Shown in pieces: positions 15,470-64,000 of a stretch of 64,000 bases of DNA (position 1 is the stretch's first letter; every line of letters begins with the position of its first letter). This DNA comes from Eledone cirrhosa. Taxonomy: Eukaryota. The stretch is from positions 14,260,001 to 14,324,000 of the forward strand of contig OZ024763.1 in assembly GCA_964016885.1 (NCBI GenBank), given 5' to 3'. Both the position numbers and the translations under genes were made by a program. The notes below the pieces were generated by a model, which did not search any database, was not told the origin of the DNA, and worked only from the letters and a program-made list of their open reading frames with translations.

Positions 15470-16250
15470 AATAAATGGAGAGGGAGAATGAAAAGGGGGT
15501 TTGCGGGAGGGAAGGGTCTCACCCACCCCCAACAAAATTCAACTCACACACTACACACAATGTAATAGAACCCCCCCACCCATCCTTTTCTTTCCCCATG
15601 TATGTCAGGTTAACGACTTCCCTTTAACTTTCTGATGTTGTTTCTCCACTCGTGAGTGTCACTCATCCTGTGAGTGAGTGTAACTCGACCTGTGAGTGAG
15701 TGTAACTCGACCTGTGAGTGTAACTCACTCCCACACCATCTACAAAAACCAGAAACTTAAACAAAAAACAAACAAACAAAACAAACGTGTGTGTGTGTGT
15801 GTGTGCGTGTGTTTGTAATGGGGGTGGTAGATGCTTGTGTGTGTTCTCCTCCACCACCATCGTCCCCACCACAACCATCACCAACCACACTACCTTTTCC
15901 TTCAGTCTTTCTCATATGGAGAAAAAATCCTCCCAAAAAACAAAAAACAAAAAACCCTAATCGGGGTGCATGTAGGGGTGGAGCAGAGAAAGGATGTACA
16001 TCCTTCATCACCACCACCACCACCACAGCAACTGCCAGATTTACTCTCCCCACATTTAAAAAATTTTTTTATCTATCACTCTATCCATCTACTCTCTTTC
16101 TCTCACTCTACATTCATCTTTCACTCTCTCTACACACTCTACCTTTCTCTCTCACACTCTCTCTTTCTTTCTTTCTTTCTTTCTCCATCTCCCTATGGCA
16201 CTCACCCTCACCCTTTCTCCCTCTCTTTCTCTCCCTCCCTCTCTCTCTCT

Positions 16251-50063
<33,813 letters not shown>

Positions 50064-50603
50064 TTTCTGTAAAAAAATAAAATAAAAATAAAATAAAATA
50101 AAATAAAATAAAATAAAATAAAATAAAATAAAATAAAATAAAATAAAATAAAATAAAATAAAATAAAATAAAATAAAATAAAATAAAATAAAATAAACTG
50201 AAAAAAAAAGAAAAAATTACATTTTTAATTAGATTTAAAAATTAATCAATAAACACTTAACAATTAATAATTAATAGAGCCTGGCAGGAGGGGGGGGGGG
50301 GGTACAAATGTGATGGCAATTACATGTTACCTTTAAATATATATATATATAACTTTGATAGATTTCAGTCAGTATTGGCCCAGGCCATATCTAATAGCAG
50401 GTATTAGATACACACATCTAGGTGTGTATGTAATACCTGACCTGTCTAGCCATGGTACGTACGTGACAACCTGTCTAGCCATGGTACGTACGTGACAACA
50501 TGTCTAGCCATGGTACGTACGTGACAACCTGTCTAGCCATGGTATGTGACAACATGTCTAAGCATGGAAAATAGACATCAAATGGTGATGATGTTAATGA
50601 TGT

Positions 50604-50670
<67 letters not shown>

Positions 50671-50845
50671 GATATATATTTATACAATATCATCATCATC
50701 GTTTTACATTCGTTCTTCCACGTTAGCATGGGTTAGACGGGTTGTCCTGTTGTGAGCAGTGTCCAGTCAGCTGACCTTGTCTTGCTCATACAGGAACTGA
50801 TTCTGGCTTGATTTATACAGCTGGATGCCCTTCCTAACACCAACC

Positions 50846-52645
50846 TCATTTACAGTGAGTGCTGGGTGCTTTTCTTTCCGTGGTGCCCCCACGTCCACTT
50901 TACAGTGTGGGCTGGGTGCTTTTCTTTCCGTGGTGCCCCCACGTCCACTTTACAGTGTGGGCTGGGTGCTTTTCTTTCCGTGGTGCCCCCACGTCCACTT
51001 TACAGTGTGGGCTGGGTGCTTTTCTTTCCATGGCGCCTACACGACCACTTTACAGTGTGGGCTGGGTGCTTTTCTTTCCGTGGTGCCCCCACGTCCACTT
51101 TACAGTGTGGGCTGGGTGCTTTTCTTTCCGTGGTGCCCCCACGTCCACTTTACAGTGTGGGCTGGGTGCTTTTCTTTCCGTGGTGCCCCCACGTCCACTT
51201 TACAGTGTGGGCTGGGTGCTTTTCTTTCCATGGCGCCTACACGACCACTTTACAGTGTGGGCTGGGTGCTTTTCTTTCCGTGGTGCCCCCACGTCCACTT
51301 TACAGTGTGGGCTGGGTGCTTTTCTTTCCATGGCGCCTACACGACCACTTTACAGTGTGGGCTGGGTGCTTTTCTTTCCGTGGTGCCCCCACGTCCACTT
51401 TACAGTGTGGGCTGGGTGCTTTTCTTTCCATGGCGCCTACACGACCACTTTACAGTGTGGGCTGGGTGCTTTTCTTTCCGTGGTGCCCCCACGTTCACTT
51501 TAGTGTGGGCTGGGTGCTTTTCTTTCCGTGGCGCCTACACATCCACTTTACAGTGTGGGCTGGGTGCTTTTCTTTCCATGGCGCCTACACGACCACTTTA
51601 CAGTGTGGGCTGGGTGCTTTTCTTTCCGTGGTGCCCCCACGTCCACTTTACAGTGTGGGCTGGGTGCTTTTCTTTCCATGGCGCCTACACGACCACTTTA
51701 CAGTGTGGGCTGGGTGCTTTTCTTTCCGTGGTGCCCCCACGTCCACTTTACAGTGTGGGCTGGGTGCTTTTCTTTCCGTGGTGCCCCCACGTCCACTTTA
51801 CAGTGTGGGCTGGGTGCTTTTCTTTCCGTGGTGCCCCCACGTTCACTTTAGTGTGGGCTGGGTGCTTTTCTTTCCGTGGCGCCTACACATCCACTTTACA
51901 GTGTGGGCTGGGTGCTTTTCTTTCCGTGGCGCCTACACATCCACTTTACAGTGTGGGCTGGGTGCTTTTCTTTCCGTGGTGCCCCCACGTCCACTTTACA
52001 GTGTGGGCTGGGTGCTTTTCTTTCCATGGCGCCTACACGACCACTTTACAGTGTGGGCTGGGTGCTTTTCTTTCCGTGGTGCCCCCACGTCCACTTTACA
52101 GTGTGGGCTGGGTGCTTTTCTTTCCGTGGTGCCCCCACGTCCACTTTACAGTGTGGGCTGGGTGCTTTTCTTTCCGTGGTGCCCCCACGTTCACTTTAGT
52201 GTGGGCTGGGTGCTTTTCTTTCCGTGGCGCCTACACATCCACTTTACAGTGTGGGCTGGGTGCTTTTCTTTCCGTGGCGCCTACACGTCCACTTTACAGT
52301 GTGGGCTGGGTGCTTTTCTTTCCGTGGTGTCCCCGCGTCCACTTTACAGTGTGGGCTGGGTGCTTTTCTTTCCGTGGTGCCTACACAACCACTTTACAGT
52401 GTGGGCTGGGTGCTTTTCTTTCCGTGGTGCCCCCACGTCCACTTTACAGTGTGGGCTGGGTACTTTTCTTTCCGTGGTGCCCCCACGTCCACTTTACAGT
52501 GTGGGCTGGGTACTTTTTTTTCCGTGGTGCCCCCACGTCCACTTTACAGTGTGGGCTGGGTACTTTTCTTTCCGTGGCGCCTACACATCCACTTTACAGT
52601 GAGGGCTGGGTGCTTTCTTGCCGTGGCACCTCCACGACCACTTTG
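50846..52645. repeat. 50-bp SINE-derived minisatellite (~36 copies) with 348-bp higher-order period
   Basis: A 2-bp-deleted variant unit recurs at 51493, 51841 and 52189. Confidence 0.95.
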
Positions 52646-52752
52646 CAGGCAGAGGGTGTGGGGGCATATTGTCTATATGCTTCAGCTTCGGCTTGTACCC
52701 ATGGTGTGTGGGGGGGGGGTCTTCTGTATACATATATATTTGTACAATATAA

Positions 52753-52799
<47 letters not shown>

Positions 52800-52801
52800 T
52801 T

Positions 52802-53208
52802 AAAAAATAATGAATAAAACAATGAAACAGTTCCTTATATTAAACAAAAAAAGTTCATTATTTAACGATCGTTTCTAGGATATATATGTGTTAGAATTGG
52901 CATGCATATTCAACAGATCTATGTACAAAATTATACAAAATTATACAAACTATCAAAATTAAATATACATACCAAACACATATATATGCCGTCTTCAGAA
53001 AAAAAATTTTTCTGAAGACGGCATATATATGTGTTTGGTATGTATATTTAATTTTGATAGTTTGTATAATTTTGTATAATTTTGTACATAGATCTGTTGA
53101 ATATGCATGCCAATTCTAACACATATATATCCTAGAAACGATCGTTAAATAATGAACTTTTTTTGTTTAATATAAGGAACTGTTTCATTGTTTTATTCAT
53201 TATTTTTT
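52802..53208. mobile_element. Perfect 202-bp-arm palindrome (3-nt loop), Penelope-like; + copy extends to ~53362
   Basis: Arms 52802-53003 and 53007-53208; (TA)n both sides. Confidence 0.8.
53009..53149 (+). ncRNA. Type I hammerhead with ~115-nt stem II (mirror copy 52861-53001 on -)
   Basis: TTT-CTGAAGA-cggcATATATATGTGTT...AACACATATATATccta-GAAA-CGATCG-TT-AAA. Confidence 0.65.
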
Positions 53209-53359
53209 TTATTTTTTTAATATTTTATCTTGACTCTGTATTCCGTTTATCTTTCACCGAAAGTGATTTTTCATTGCATCTCTTCTTTCCATGATATCCG
53301 GATTACATTGAGTTCTTCATACGGATTGGACACTACCGTAAACTCTTGGTAGATTTATC

Positions 53360-53411
<52 letters not shown>

Positions 53412-53859
53412 ATATATATGTTAAATATCTTTGTGTGCGTGTATATACATCAACATCAACAAGCCATTTTGGGTAAGTGCCAATATATAGATGTGTGTGT
53501 GTATCTGTGTTTGTCTGCATGTGCGTGTGTGAGTGTGTATGTGTGTACATGTGTGTTTGTCTGTGTGTATGTGTGCGTGTGCATTTGTATCATTTGTATG
53601 TGTATGTGTTTGTCTGTGTACGTGTGTGTGTGTGCGTTTGTGTGCGTGTATGCCTGTTTATCTGCACACGTGTGTGTGTGTGTGTGTATATGCGTGTGTG
53701 TGTGTATCAGTATGTATTACAACAGCACCACAACAATCACTAACACCATTAGCCATTGCCCCCCTACCCCACCACACTACCACCATAACCTCCAGCATCA
53801 CCTCACCATTATCCCTACCACTACCACGACCACCACCATGACCATGACAACCTCATCAT

Positions 53860-56160
53860 TACCCTTATTACTATTATTACTACTACCACCACCACCACTA
53901 TCTCCATTACCTCTACTACTATTACCACCACCACCACCACTACCACCAACACCACCACCATTACACCTACTACTATTACCACCACCACCACCACTACCAC
54001 CAACACCACCACCATTACACCTACTACTATTACCACCACCACCACCACTACCACCAACACCACCACCATTACACCTACTACTATTACCACCACCACCACC
54101 ACTACCACCAACACCACCACCATTACACCTACTACTATTACCACCACCACCACCACTACCACCAACACCACCACCATTACACCTACTACTATTACCACCA
54201 CCACCACCACCAACACCACCATTACACCTACTACTATTACCACCACCACCACCACTACCACCAACACCACCATTACACCTACTACTATTACCACCACCAC
54301 CACCACTACCACCAACACCACCATTACACCTACTACTACTACCACCACCACCACTATCTCCATTACCTCTACTACTATTATCACCACCACCACCACTACC
54401 ACCACCAACACCACTACCATTACACCTACTACTACTACCACCACCACCACCACTACCACCACCAACACCACTACCATTACACCTACTACTACTACCACCA
54501 CCACCACCATTACACCTACTACTACTATCACCACCACCACTACACCTACTACTACCACCACCACCACCACCATTACACCTACTACTACCACCACCACCAC
54601 CACCATTACACCTACTACTACCACCACCACCACCACCATTACACCTACTACTACCACCACCACCACCACCATTACACCTACTACTACCACCACCACCACC
54701 ACCATTACACCTACTACTACCACCACCACCACCACCATTACACCTACTACTACCACCACCACCACCACCATTACACCTACTACTACTACCACCACCACCA
54801 CCATTACACCTACCACCACTACCACCACCACCACCACCATTACACCTACTACTACTACCACCACCACCACCATTACACCTACTACTACTACCACCACCAC
54901 CATTACACCTACCACCACTACCACCACCACCACCACCATTACACCTACTACTACTACCACCACCACCACCACCATTACACCTACTACTACTACCACCACC
55001 ACCACCATTACACCTACTACTACCACCACCACCACCATTACACCTACTACTACTATCACCACCACCACTACACCTACTACTACCACCACCACCACCACCA
55101 TTACACCTACTACTACCACCACCACCACCACCATTACACCTACTACTACCACCACCACCACCACCATTACACCTACTACTACCACCACCACCACCACCAT
55201 TACACCTACTACTACCACCACCACCACCACCATTACACCTACTACTACCACCACCACCACCACCATTACACCTACTACTACTACCACCACCACCACCATT
55301 ACACCTACCACCACTACCACCACCAACACCACCATTACACCTACTACTACTACCACCACCACCACCATTACACCTACCACCACTACCACCACCACCACCA
55401 CCATTACACCTACTACTACCACCACCACCACCACCATTACACCTACTACTACTACCACCACCACCACCATTACACCTACCACCACTACCACCACCACCAC
55501 CACCATTACACCTACTACTACTACCACCACCACCACCATTACACCTACCACCACTACCACCACCACCACCACCATTACACCTACTACTACCACCACCACC
55601 ACCACCATTACACCTACTACTACCACCACCACCACCACCATTACACCTACTACTACCACCACCACCACCACCATTACACCTACTACTACCACCACCACCA
55701 CCATTACACCTACTACTACTACCACCACCACCACCATTACACCTACTACTACTACCACCACCACCACCATTACACCTACTACTACTATCACCACCACCAT
55801 TACACCTACTACTACTATCACCACCACCACCATTACACCTACTACTACCACCACCACCACCACCATTACACCTACTACTACCACCACCACCACCATTACA
55901 CCTACTACTACTACCACCACCACCACCATTACACCTACTACTACTACCACCACCACCACCATTACACCTACTACTACTACCACCACCACCACCATTACAC
56001 CTACCACCACTACCACCACCACCACCACCATTACACCTACCACCACTACCACCACCACCACCACCATTACACCTACCACCACTACCACCACCACCACCAC
56101 CATTACACCTACCACCACTACCACCACCACTACTATTACACCTACCACCACCACCAGCAG
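53860..56160. repeat. (ACC/ACT)n-based minisatellite with ATTACACCT punctuation
   Basis: Source of the spurious 960-aa and 798-aa ORFs. Confidence 0.95.
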
Positions 56161-56547
56161 CAGCAGCAGCAGCTCTGTCAACAACAACAAGTTCATTGTC
56201 AAGTTACATGTCATCAATATTTGAATGACAAAACCAAATAGAAGAGGACAGGCAAGGTCAGCTTGTACAGTTGATGATAGATGGTGGTGGTGGTGGTGGT
56301 GGTGGTGGTGGTGAGGAGGAGGAGGAGGCGTGTCTTAAGAGAGAGTGGGCTGGGTGGGGTGGGGGTGATGAAAGATGAGACAGAGGAGTGTATGAGATGG
56401 GAGAGAGAGACAGTAATGAGATATATTTCTTTATTAGCCACAAGGGCGCACAAGAAAAGGGGACAGTACAAAGACACATGCCGGGGATTTTACATACAGT
56501 CGTGTAAAAATATTGAAACAAACAATTATAACAATCGAAATCCCCAA

Positions 56548-59500
56548 TGTGACACCTACACGACCACTTGACAGTGTGGACTGGGTGCTTTTTGTTGTGA
56601 CACCTACATGACCACTTGACAGCGTGGACTGGGTGCTTTTTGTTGTGACACCTACATGACCACTTGACAGCGTGGACTGGGTGCTTTTTGTTGTGACACC
56701 TACACGACCACTTGACAGTGTGGACTGGGTGCTTTTTGTTGTGACACCTACATGACCACTTGACAGTGTGGACTGGGTGCTTTTTGTTGTGACACCTACA
56801 CGACCACTTGACAGCGTGGACTGGGTGCTTTTTGTTGTGACACCTACATGACCACTTGACAGTGTGGACTGGGTGCTTTTTGTTGTGACACCTACATGAC
56901 CACTTGACAGCGTGGACTGGGTGCTTTTTGTTGTGACACCTACATGACCACTTGACAGCGTGGACTGGGTGCTTTTTGTTGTGACACCTACACGACCACT
57001 TGACAGTGTGGACTGGGTGCTTTTTGTTGTGACACCTACATGACCACTTGACAGTGTGGACTGGGTGCTTTTTGTTGTGACACCTACACGACCACTTGAC
57101 AGCGTGGACTGGGTGCTTTTTGTTGTGACACCTACATGACCACTTGACAGTGTGGACTGGGTGCTTTTTGTTGTGACACCTACATGACCACTTGACAGCG
57201 TGGACTGGGTGCTTTTTGTTGTGACACCTACACGACCACTTGACAGCGTGGACTGGGTGCTTTTTGTTGGACACCTACATGACCACTTGACAGTGTGGAC
57301 TCGGTGCTTTTTGTTGTGACACCTACATGACCACTTGACAGTGTGGACTGGGTGCTTTTTGTTGGACACCTACATGACCACTTGACAGTGTGGACTGGGT
57401 GCTTTTTGTTGTGACACCTACATGACCACTTGACAGTGTGGACTGGGTGCTTTTTGTTGTGACACCTACATGACCACTTGACAGTGTGGACTGGGTGCTT
57501 TTTGTTGTGACACCAACGTGACCACTTGACAGTGTGGACTGGGTGCTTTTTGTTGTGACACCTACACGACCACTTGACAGTGTGGACTGGGTGCTTTTTG
57601 TTGTGACACCTACATGACCACTTGACAGCGTGGACTGGGTGCTTTTTGTTGTGACACCTACACGACCACTTGACAGTGTGGACTGGGTGCTTTTTGTTGT
57701 GACACCTACATGACCACTTGACAGTGTGGACTGGGTGCTTTTTGTTGTGACACCTACACGACCACTTGACAGCGTGGACTGGGTGCTTTTTGTTGTGACA
57801 CCTACATGACCACTTGACAGTGTGGACTGGGTGCTTTTTGTTGTGACACCTACATGACCACTTGACAGCGTGGACTGGGTGCTTTTTGTTGTGACACCTA
57901 CACGACCACTTGACAGCGTGGACTGGGTGCTTTTTGTTGGACACCTACATGACCACTTGACAGTGTGGACTCGGTGCTTTTTGTTGTGACACCTACATGA
58001 CCACTTGACAGTGTGGACTGGGTGCTTTTTGTTGGACACCTACATGACCACTTGACAGTGTGGACTGGGTGCTTTTTGTTGTGACACCTACATGACCACT
58101 TGACAGTGTGGACTGGGTGCTTTTTGTTGTGACACCTACATGACCACTTGACAGTGTGGACTGGGTGCTTTTTGTTGTGACACCAACGTGACCACTTGAC
58201 AGTGTGGACTGGGTGCTTTTTGTTGTGACACCTACACGACCACTTGACAGTGTGGACTGGGTGCTTTTTGTTGTGACACCTACACGACCACTTGACAGCG
58301 TGGACTGGGTGCTTTTTGTTGTGACACCTACATGACCACTTGACAGCGTGGACTGGGTGCTTTTTGTTGTGACACCTACATGACCACTTGACAGCGTGGA
58401 CTGGGTGCTTTTTGTTGTGACACCTACACGACCACTTGACAGTGTGGACTGGGTGCTTTTTGTTGTGACACCTACATGACCACTTGACAGTGTGGACTGG
58501 GTGCTTTTTGTTGTGGCACCTACACGACCACTTGACAGCGTGGACTGGGTGCTTTTTGTTGTGACACCTACATGACCACTTGACAGTGTGGACTGGGTGC
58601 TTTTTGTTGTGACACCTACATGACCACTTGACAGCGTGGACTGGGTGCTTTTTGTTGTGACACCTACACGACCACTTGACAGCGTGGACTGGGTGCTTTT
58701 TGTTGGACACCTACATGACCACTTGACAGTGTGGACTGGGTGCTTTTTGTTGTGACACCTACATGACCACTTGACAGTGTGGACTGGGTGCTTTTTGTTG
58801 GACACCTACATGACCACTTGACAGTGTGGACTGGGTGCTTTTTGTTGTGACACCTACATGATCACTTGACAGTGTGGACTGGGTGCTTTTTGTTGTGACA
58901 CCTACATGACCACTTGACAGTGTGGACTGGGTGCTTTTTGTTGTGACACCAACATGACCACTTGACAGTGTGGACTGGGTGCTTTTTGTTGTGACACCTA
59001 CATGACCACTTGACAGTGTGGACTGGGTGCTTTTTGTTGTGACACCTACATGACCACTTGACAGCGTGGACTGGGTGCTTTTTGTTGTGACACCTACATG
59101 ACCACTTGACAGTGTGGACTGGGTGCTTTTTGTTGTGACACCTACATGACCACTTGACAGTGTGGACTGGGTGCTTTTTGTTGGACACCTACATGACCAC
59201 TTGACAGTGTGGACTGGGTGCTTTTTGTTGTGACACCTACATGACCACTTGACAGTGTGGACTGGGTACTTTTTTTGTTGTGACACCTACATGACCACTT
59301 GACAGTGTGGACTGGGTGCTTTTTTTTGTTGTGACACCTACATGACCACTTGACAGTGTGGACTGGATGCTTTTTTTGTTGTGACACCTACACAACCACT
59401 TGACAGTGTGGACTGGGTGCTTTTTTTGTTGTGACACCTACATGACCACTTGACAGTGTGGACTGGGTGCTTTTTGTTGGACACCTACATGACCACTTGA

Positions 59501-60650
59501 CAGTGTGGACTGGGTGCTTTTTGTTGTGACACCTACATGACCACTTGACAGTGTGGACTGGGTACTTTTTTTGTTGTGACACCTACATGACCACTTGACA
59601 GTGTGGACTGGGTGCTTTTTTTTGTTGTGACACCTACATGACCACTTGACAGTGTGGACTGGGTGCTTTTTTTTGTTGTGACACCTACATGACCACTTGA
59701 CAGTGTGGACTGGGTGCTTTTTTTTGTTGTGACACCTACATGACCACTTGACAGTGTGGACTGGGTGCTTTTTGTTGTGACACCTACATGACCACTTGAC
59801 AGTGTGGACTGGGTACTTTTTTTGTTGTGACACCTACATGACCACTTGACAGTGTGGACTGGGTGCTTTTTTTTGTTGTGACACCTACATGACCACTTGA
59901 CAGTGTGGACTGGGTACTTTTTTTGTTGTGACACCAACATGACCACTTGACAGTGTGGACTGGGTACTTTTTTTGTTGTGACACCAACATGACCACTTGA
60001 CAGTGTGGACTGGGTGCTTTTTGTTGGACACCTACATGACCACTTGACAGTGTGGACTGGGTGCTTTTTGTTGTGACACCTACATGACCACTTGACAGTG
60101 TGGACTGGGTACTTTTTTTGTTGTGACACCTACATGACCACTTGACAGTGTGGACTGGGTACTTTTTTTGTTGTGACACCTACATGACCACTTGACAGTG
60201 TGGACTGGGTACTTTTTTTGTTGTGACACCAACATGACCACTTGACAGTGTGGACTGGGTGCTTTTTGTTGGACACCTACATGACCACTTGACAGTGTGG
60301 ACTGGGTGCTTTTTGTTGTGACACCTACATGACCACTTGACAGTGTGGACTGGGTACTTTTTTTGTTGTGACACCAACATGACCACTTGACAGTGTGGAC
60401 TGGGTACTTTTTTTGTTGTGACACCTACATGACCACTTGACAGTGTGGACTGGGTACTTTTTTTGTTGTGACACCAACATGACCACTTGACAGTGTGGAC
60501 TGGGTGCTTTTTGTTGGACACCTACATGACCACTTGACAGTGTGGACTGGGTGCTTTTTGTTGTGACACCTACATGACCACTTGACAGTGTGGACTGGGT
60601 GCTTTTTGTTGTGACACCTACACGACCACTTGACAGCGTGGACTGGATGT
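56548..60650. repeat. 48-bp minisatellite (~85 copies) with 670-bp higher-order duplication
   Basis: Unit GACACCTACAYGACCACTTGACAGYGTGGACTGGGTGCTTTTTGTTGT; variant pattern at ~57228-57898 repeats at +670. Confidence 0.95.
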
Positions 60651-61299
60651 TCTGTGGTACCAACATAACTTTACTGAAAAAGGGTGGTGTTGGTGGGAGT
60701 GGGAGTGTGGAGTAGGGGTAGTGGGTTGGGGGGTGTATATTTGGTTAAGAGGATCATCTCAGGGAGTGCACCTGAGCAGTGTACACAATGATTTCATTAT
60801 TATTATTATTATGGATTGGCAGTATCGGTAGAGGGTCAGATGTCATGCTTTGACGCATAGAGTTACGGCCCTTTATTATCTGAGTTCAAATCCCGCTGAG
60901 GTTAACTTTGCCTTTCATCCTTACGGGGTCGATAAAATAAAGTACCAGTAATGTACTGGTTTATTGCTGGCCTTGTGCCAATAGTAGAAACAAACGCAGT
61001 AATACAGAAGCCCCGACCCCCCACGAGTACAAGCCGAAGCTGAAGCATATAGACAATATGCCCTCACACCCTCCCACTGCAAAGTGGTCGTGGAGGTGCC
61101 ACGGCAAAAAAGCACCCAACACTCACTGTAAATGAGGTTGGAGTTAGGAAGGGCATCCAGCTGTAGAAATCAAGCCAGAATCAGTTCCTGTATGAGCAAG
61201 GCAAGGTCAGCCGACCGGACACTGCCCACAACAGGACAACCCGTCTAACCCATGCTAGCGTGAAAGAACGGACGTAAACGGTGATGGTGATGATGATGA

Positions 61300-61343
<44 letters not shown>

Positions 61344-62249
61344 GTGGGTGTGAGTAAACTTGTATATTGTTCAGCTAGTCAAAATGGCTGGGATTCCACA
61401 CAAGTTTGCAACACTATCTTCCCAGATCTCTGAATAAACCTCAACTCAAGCTTTGTATATATTTCTTGCGGTATTTAAATGATTCTACAAGAACCATCAT
61501 TCCAACTTCCTTTTCTCTCTCTCTCTCTCTCTCTACTTTTCTCTCTCTCTGTCTCTCTAACACACACACATATATATATATACGTACACAAACACACACT
61601 CACTCACTGAAACATACACACAACACACTCACCACACTCAAAAACATACAAACACAAACACACACACAAATATACTCACATAAACACACACACACAGATA
61701 TACACATACACACACTCACAAAACATACAAACACACACATACGCATTCACATAAATATACACTCACGTAAACACACACACAAACAAACAGAGATATATAC
61801 ACATACACACACACACACACAGACACACAAAACATACAAACACATACATACATACACTCAAACATACAGAAACACACACAAAATAAATACACACGTACAG
61901 AAACATACACACACACACAAATGCACACGTACAGAAACACACACAAATACACACATACAGAAAGACACATACATACATACATACATACACAAACATATAT
62001 TCTTTTGCTGGTTCCAATCATTAGACTGTGGCCATGCTGGGGCACTGTATCGAAGGGATTCAGTCAATCACTTTCAAGTCTGCTACTTAATTTTATCAAT
62101 CTCTGTTTGTCAAACAGCAAAGTTACAAGACCTAAACACAGGTAAACACAAACATAACCCCCCACCCCACCCACATACAGGTAAATAAATAAAAGACTAT
62201 AAGATATACAATTACTGGCTTTAGATTCATATACACATACAACCAAATA

Positions 62250-63345
62250 TAAACATACACACACACACATTTACAAATAAATCAAACAAACATACATACA
62301 CATTTACCAAACACAAACACACATTTACACATTTAGGAAATGCAACTGCTACACACATAAACCAAACACAAACACACACACACACACACATTTACACATA
62401 AACCAAACAAACACAAACACAAACACACACATTTACACATAAACCAAACAAACACACGCACACACACACATTTGAACATAAACCAAACACAAATACACGC
62501 ACACACACATTTACACATAAACCAAACACAAACACACACACACATTTAAACATAAACCAAACACAAATTACACGCACACACATTTACAAATAAACCAAAC
62601 ACAAACACATTTACACATAAACCAAACATAAACACACACACATTTACACATAAACCAAACATAAACACACACACACACATTTACACATAAACCAAACATA
62701 AACATACATATTTACACATAAACCAAACACAAACAGACACACAAATTCACACACATTTACACATACAACAAAATATAAACACACACAAATTTACATGTAC
62801 CACACAGAAACACACATACAGACAAATTTACACAAACTCACACACAAACTCACACACAAATTTATTCATACAACCAAACAAACACACACATACACACAAA
62901 TTTATAATTACAACCAAACATAAAGACACACACAAACTCATACAACCAAACATTTTTACACATACACAAACTCAGACACAAACTCAGACACACTCACACA
63001 CATTTATACATACAATCAAACATTTTTACACATACACAAACTCAGACACAAACTCAGACACACTCACACACATTTATACATACAATCAAACATTTTTACA
63101 CATACACAAACTCAGACACAAACTCAGACACACTCACACACATTTATACATACAATCAAACATTTTTACACATACACAAACTCAGACACAAACTCAGACA
63201 CACTCACACACATTTATACATACAATCAAACATTTTTACACATACACAAACTCAGACACAAACTCACACAAACTCAGACACACACTCACACACATTTATA
63301 CATACAATCAAACATCTTTACACATACACAAACTCAGACACAACT
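62250..63345. repeat. CA-rich compound tandem repeats, including a ~70-bp unit at 62950-63340
   Basis: Direct tandem copies. Confidence 0.85.
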
Positions 63346-63649
63346 ATATACACACACACACACATATATACTGTATATATAAGAATAAATAAATAAAACA
63401 ATGATAAACAATTACTTGCTTCAGATTGATGTTTTGTTTTATTGGTAGCCTTTTATAGTCTGTCTGTTAGTCCTGCATAATGTGTATGTATCTGTATACC
63501 TGTGTATGTATGTAGGTGAGGGTGCATACGCATGTGTGTGTGTATATATATATATGTATATGTATATGTATATTTATATACACACTCACCTATATGCATA
63601 CATATATTTGCATGCCTGTGTATGAGTATATGTATGCATATATATATAT

Positions 63650-63694
<45 letters not shown>

Positions 63695-64000
63695 TATAGA
63701 TATAGTAGGCACCTCTTAACCAAATATACACCCCAAACCACTACCCCTACCCTATCCTCCCACTCCCACCAACACCACCCTCTCTCTATAAAGTTGGTAC
63801 CACAACATCCAGTCCAAATAAATGAGATAAATGAGATCGAGATCGTGTAGGTGTCACGACAAAAAAAAAAAAACACAGTCCACGCTGTAATGTGGCCGTG
63901 TAGGTAACACGGTAAAAACCTCCCAGTCCACACTGTAAACGTGGTTGGTGTTAGGAAGGGCATCCAGCCATAGAAAACCTGCCAGATAGTCCTATATGAG

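Noticed and set aside
53346-56228. 960-aa proline/leucine-rich ORF (extensin- or formin-like)
   Set aside because: Translation of the (ACC/ACT)n minisatellite and (GT)n; no domain, and the opposite strand is equally open.
50825-60666. CRISPR-like arrays and long repetitive ORFs
   Set aside because: Head-to-tail units with no unique spacers and no cas genes; the unit derives from a SINE.

Overview
Repeat-saturated animal genomic DNA. The SINE families, RTE/CR1 LINE debris and (TA)n/(CA)n/(ACC)n load look like an octopus-type cephalopod genome; this is inferred from recall, not proven. One spliced protein-coding gene lies on the minus strand: an SLC2A/GLUT facilitated transporter with 11 coding exons (50063 to 16251). 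All introns are GT-AG and phase-consistent, giving a 1512-nt CDS and a 503-aa protein. Almost all long ORFs in the track are microsatellite or minisatellite artefacts. The introns and flanks contain a DD37D (maT) Tc1/mariner element, MITEs, Helitrons, SINEs, LINE fragments and many TE-seeded tandem arrays. The most notable signal is about ten type I hammerhead-ribozyme motifs (CUGANGA...GAAA-stem III-UH) from several unrelated families. They sit in Penelope-like terminal fragments beside (TA)n tracts, often as perfect 76-202 bp foldback palindromes, and the fold point is often just 5' of the catalytic core. The transporter also shows class II (GLUT5/GLUT9-like) exon sizes and substrate-site substitutions.
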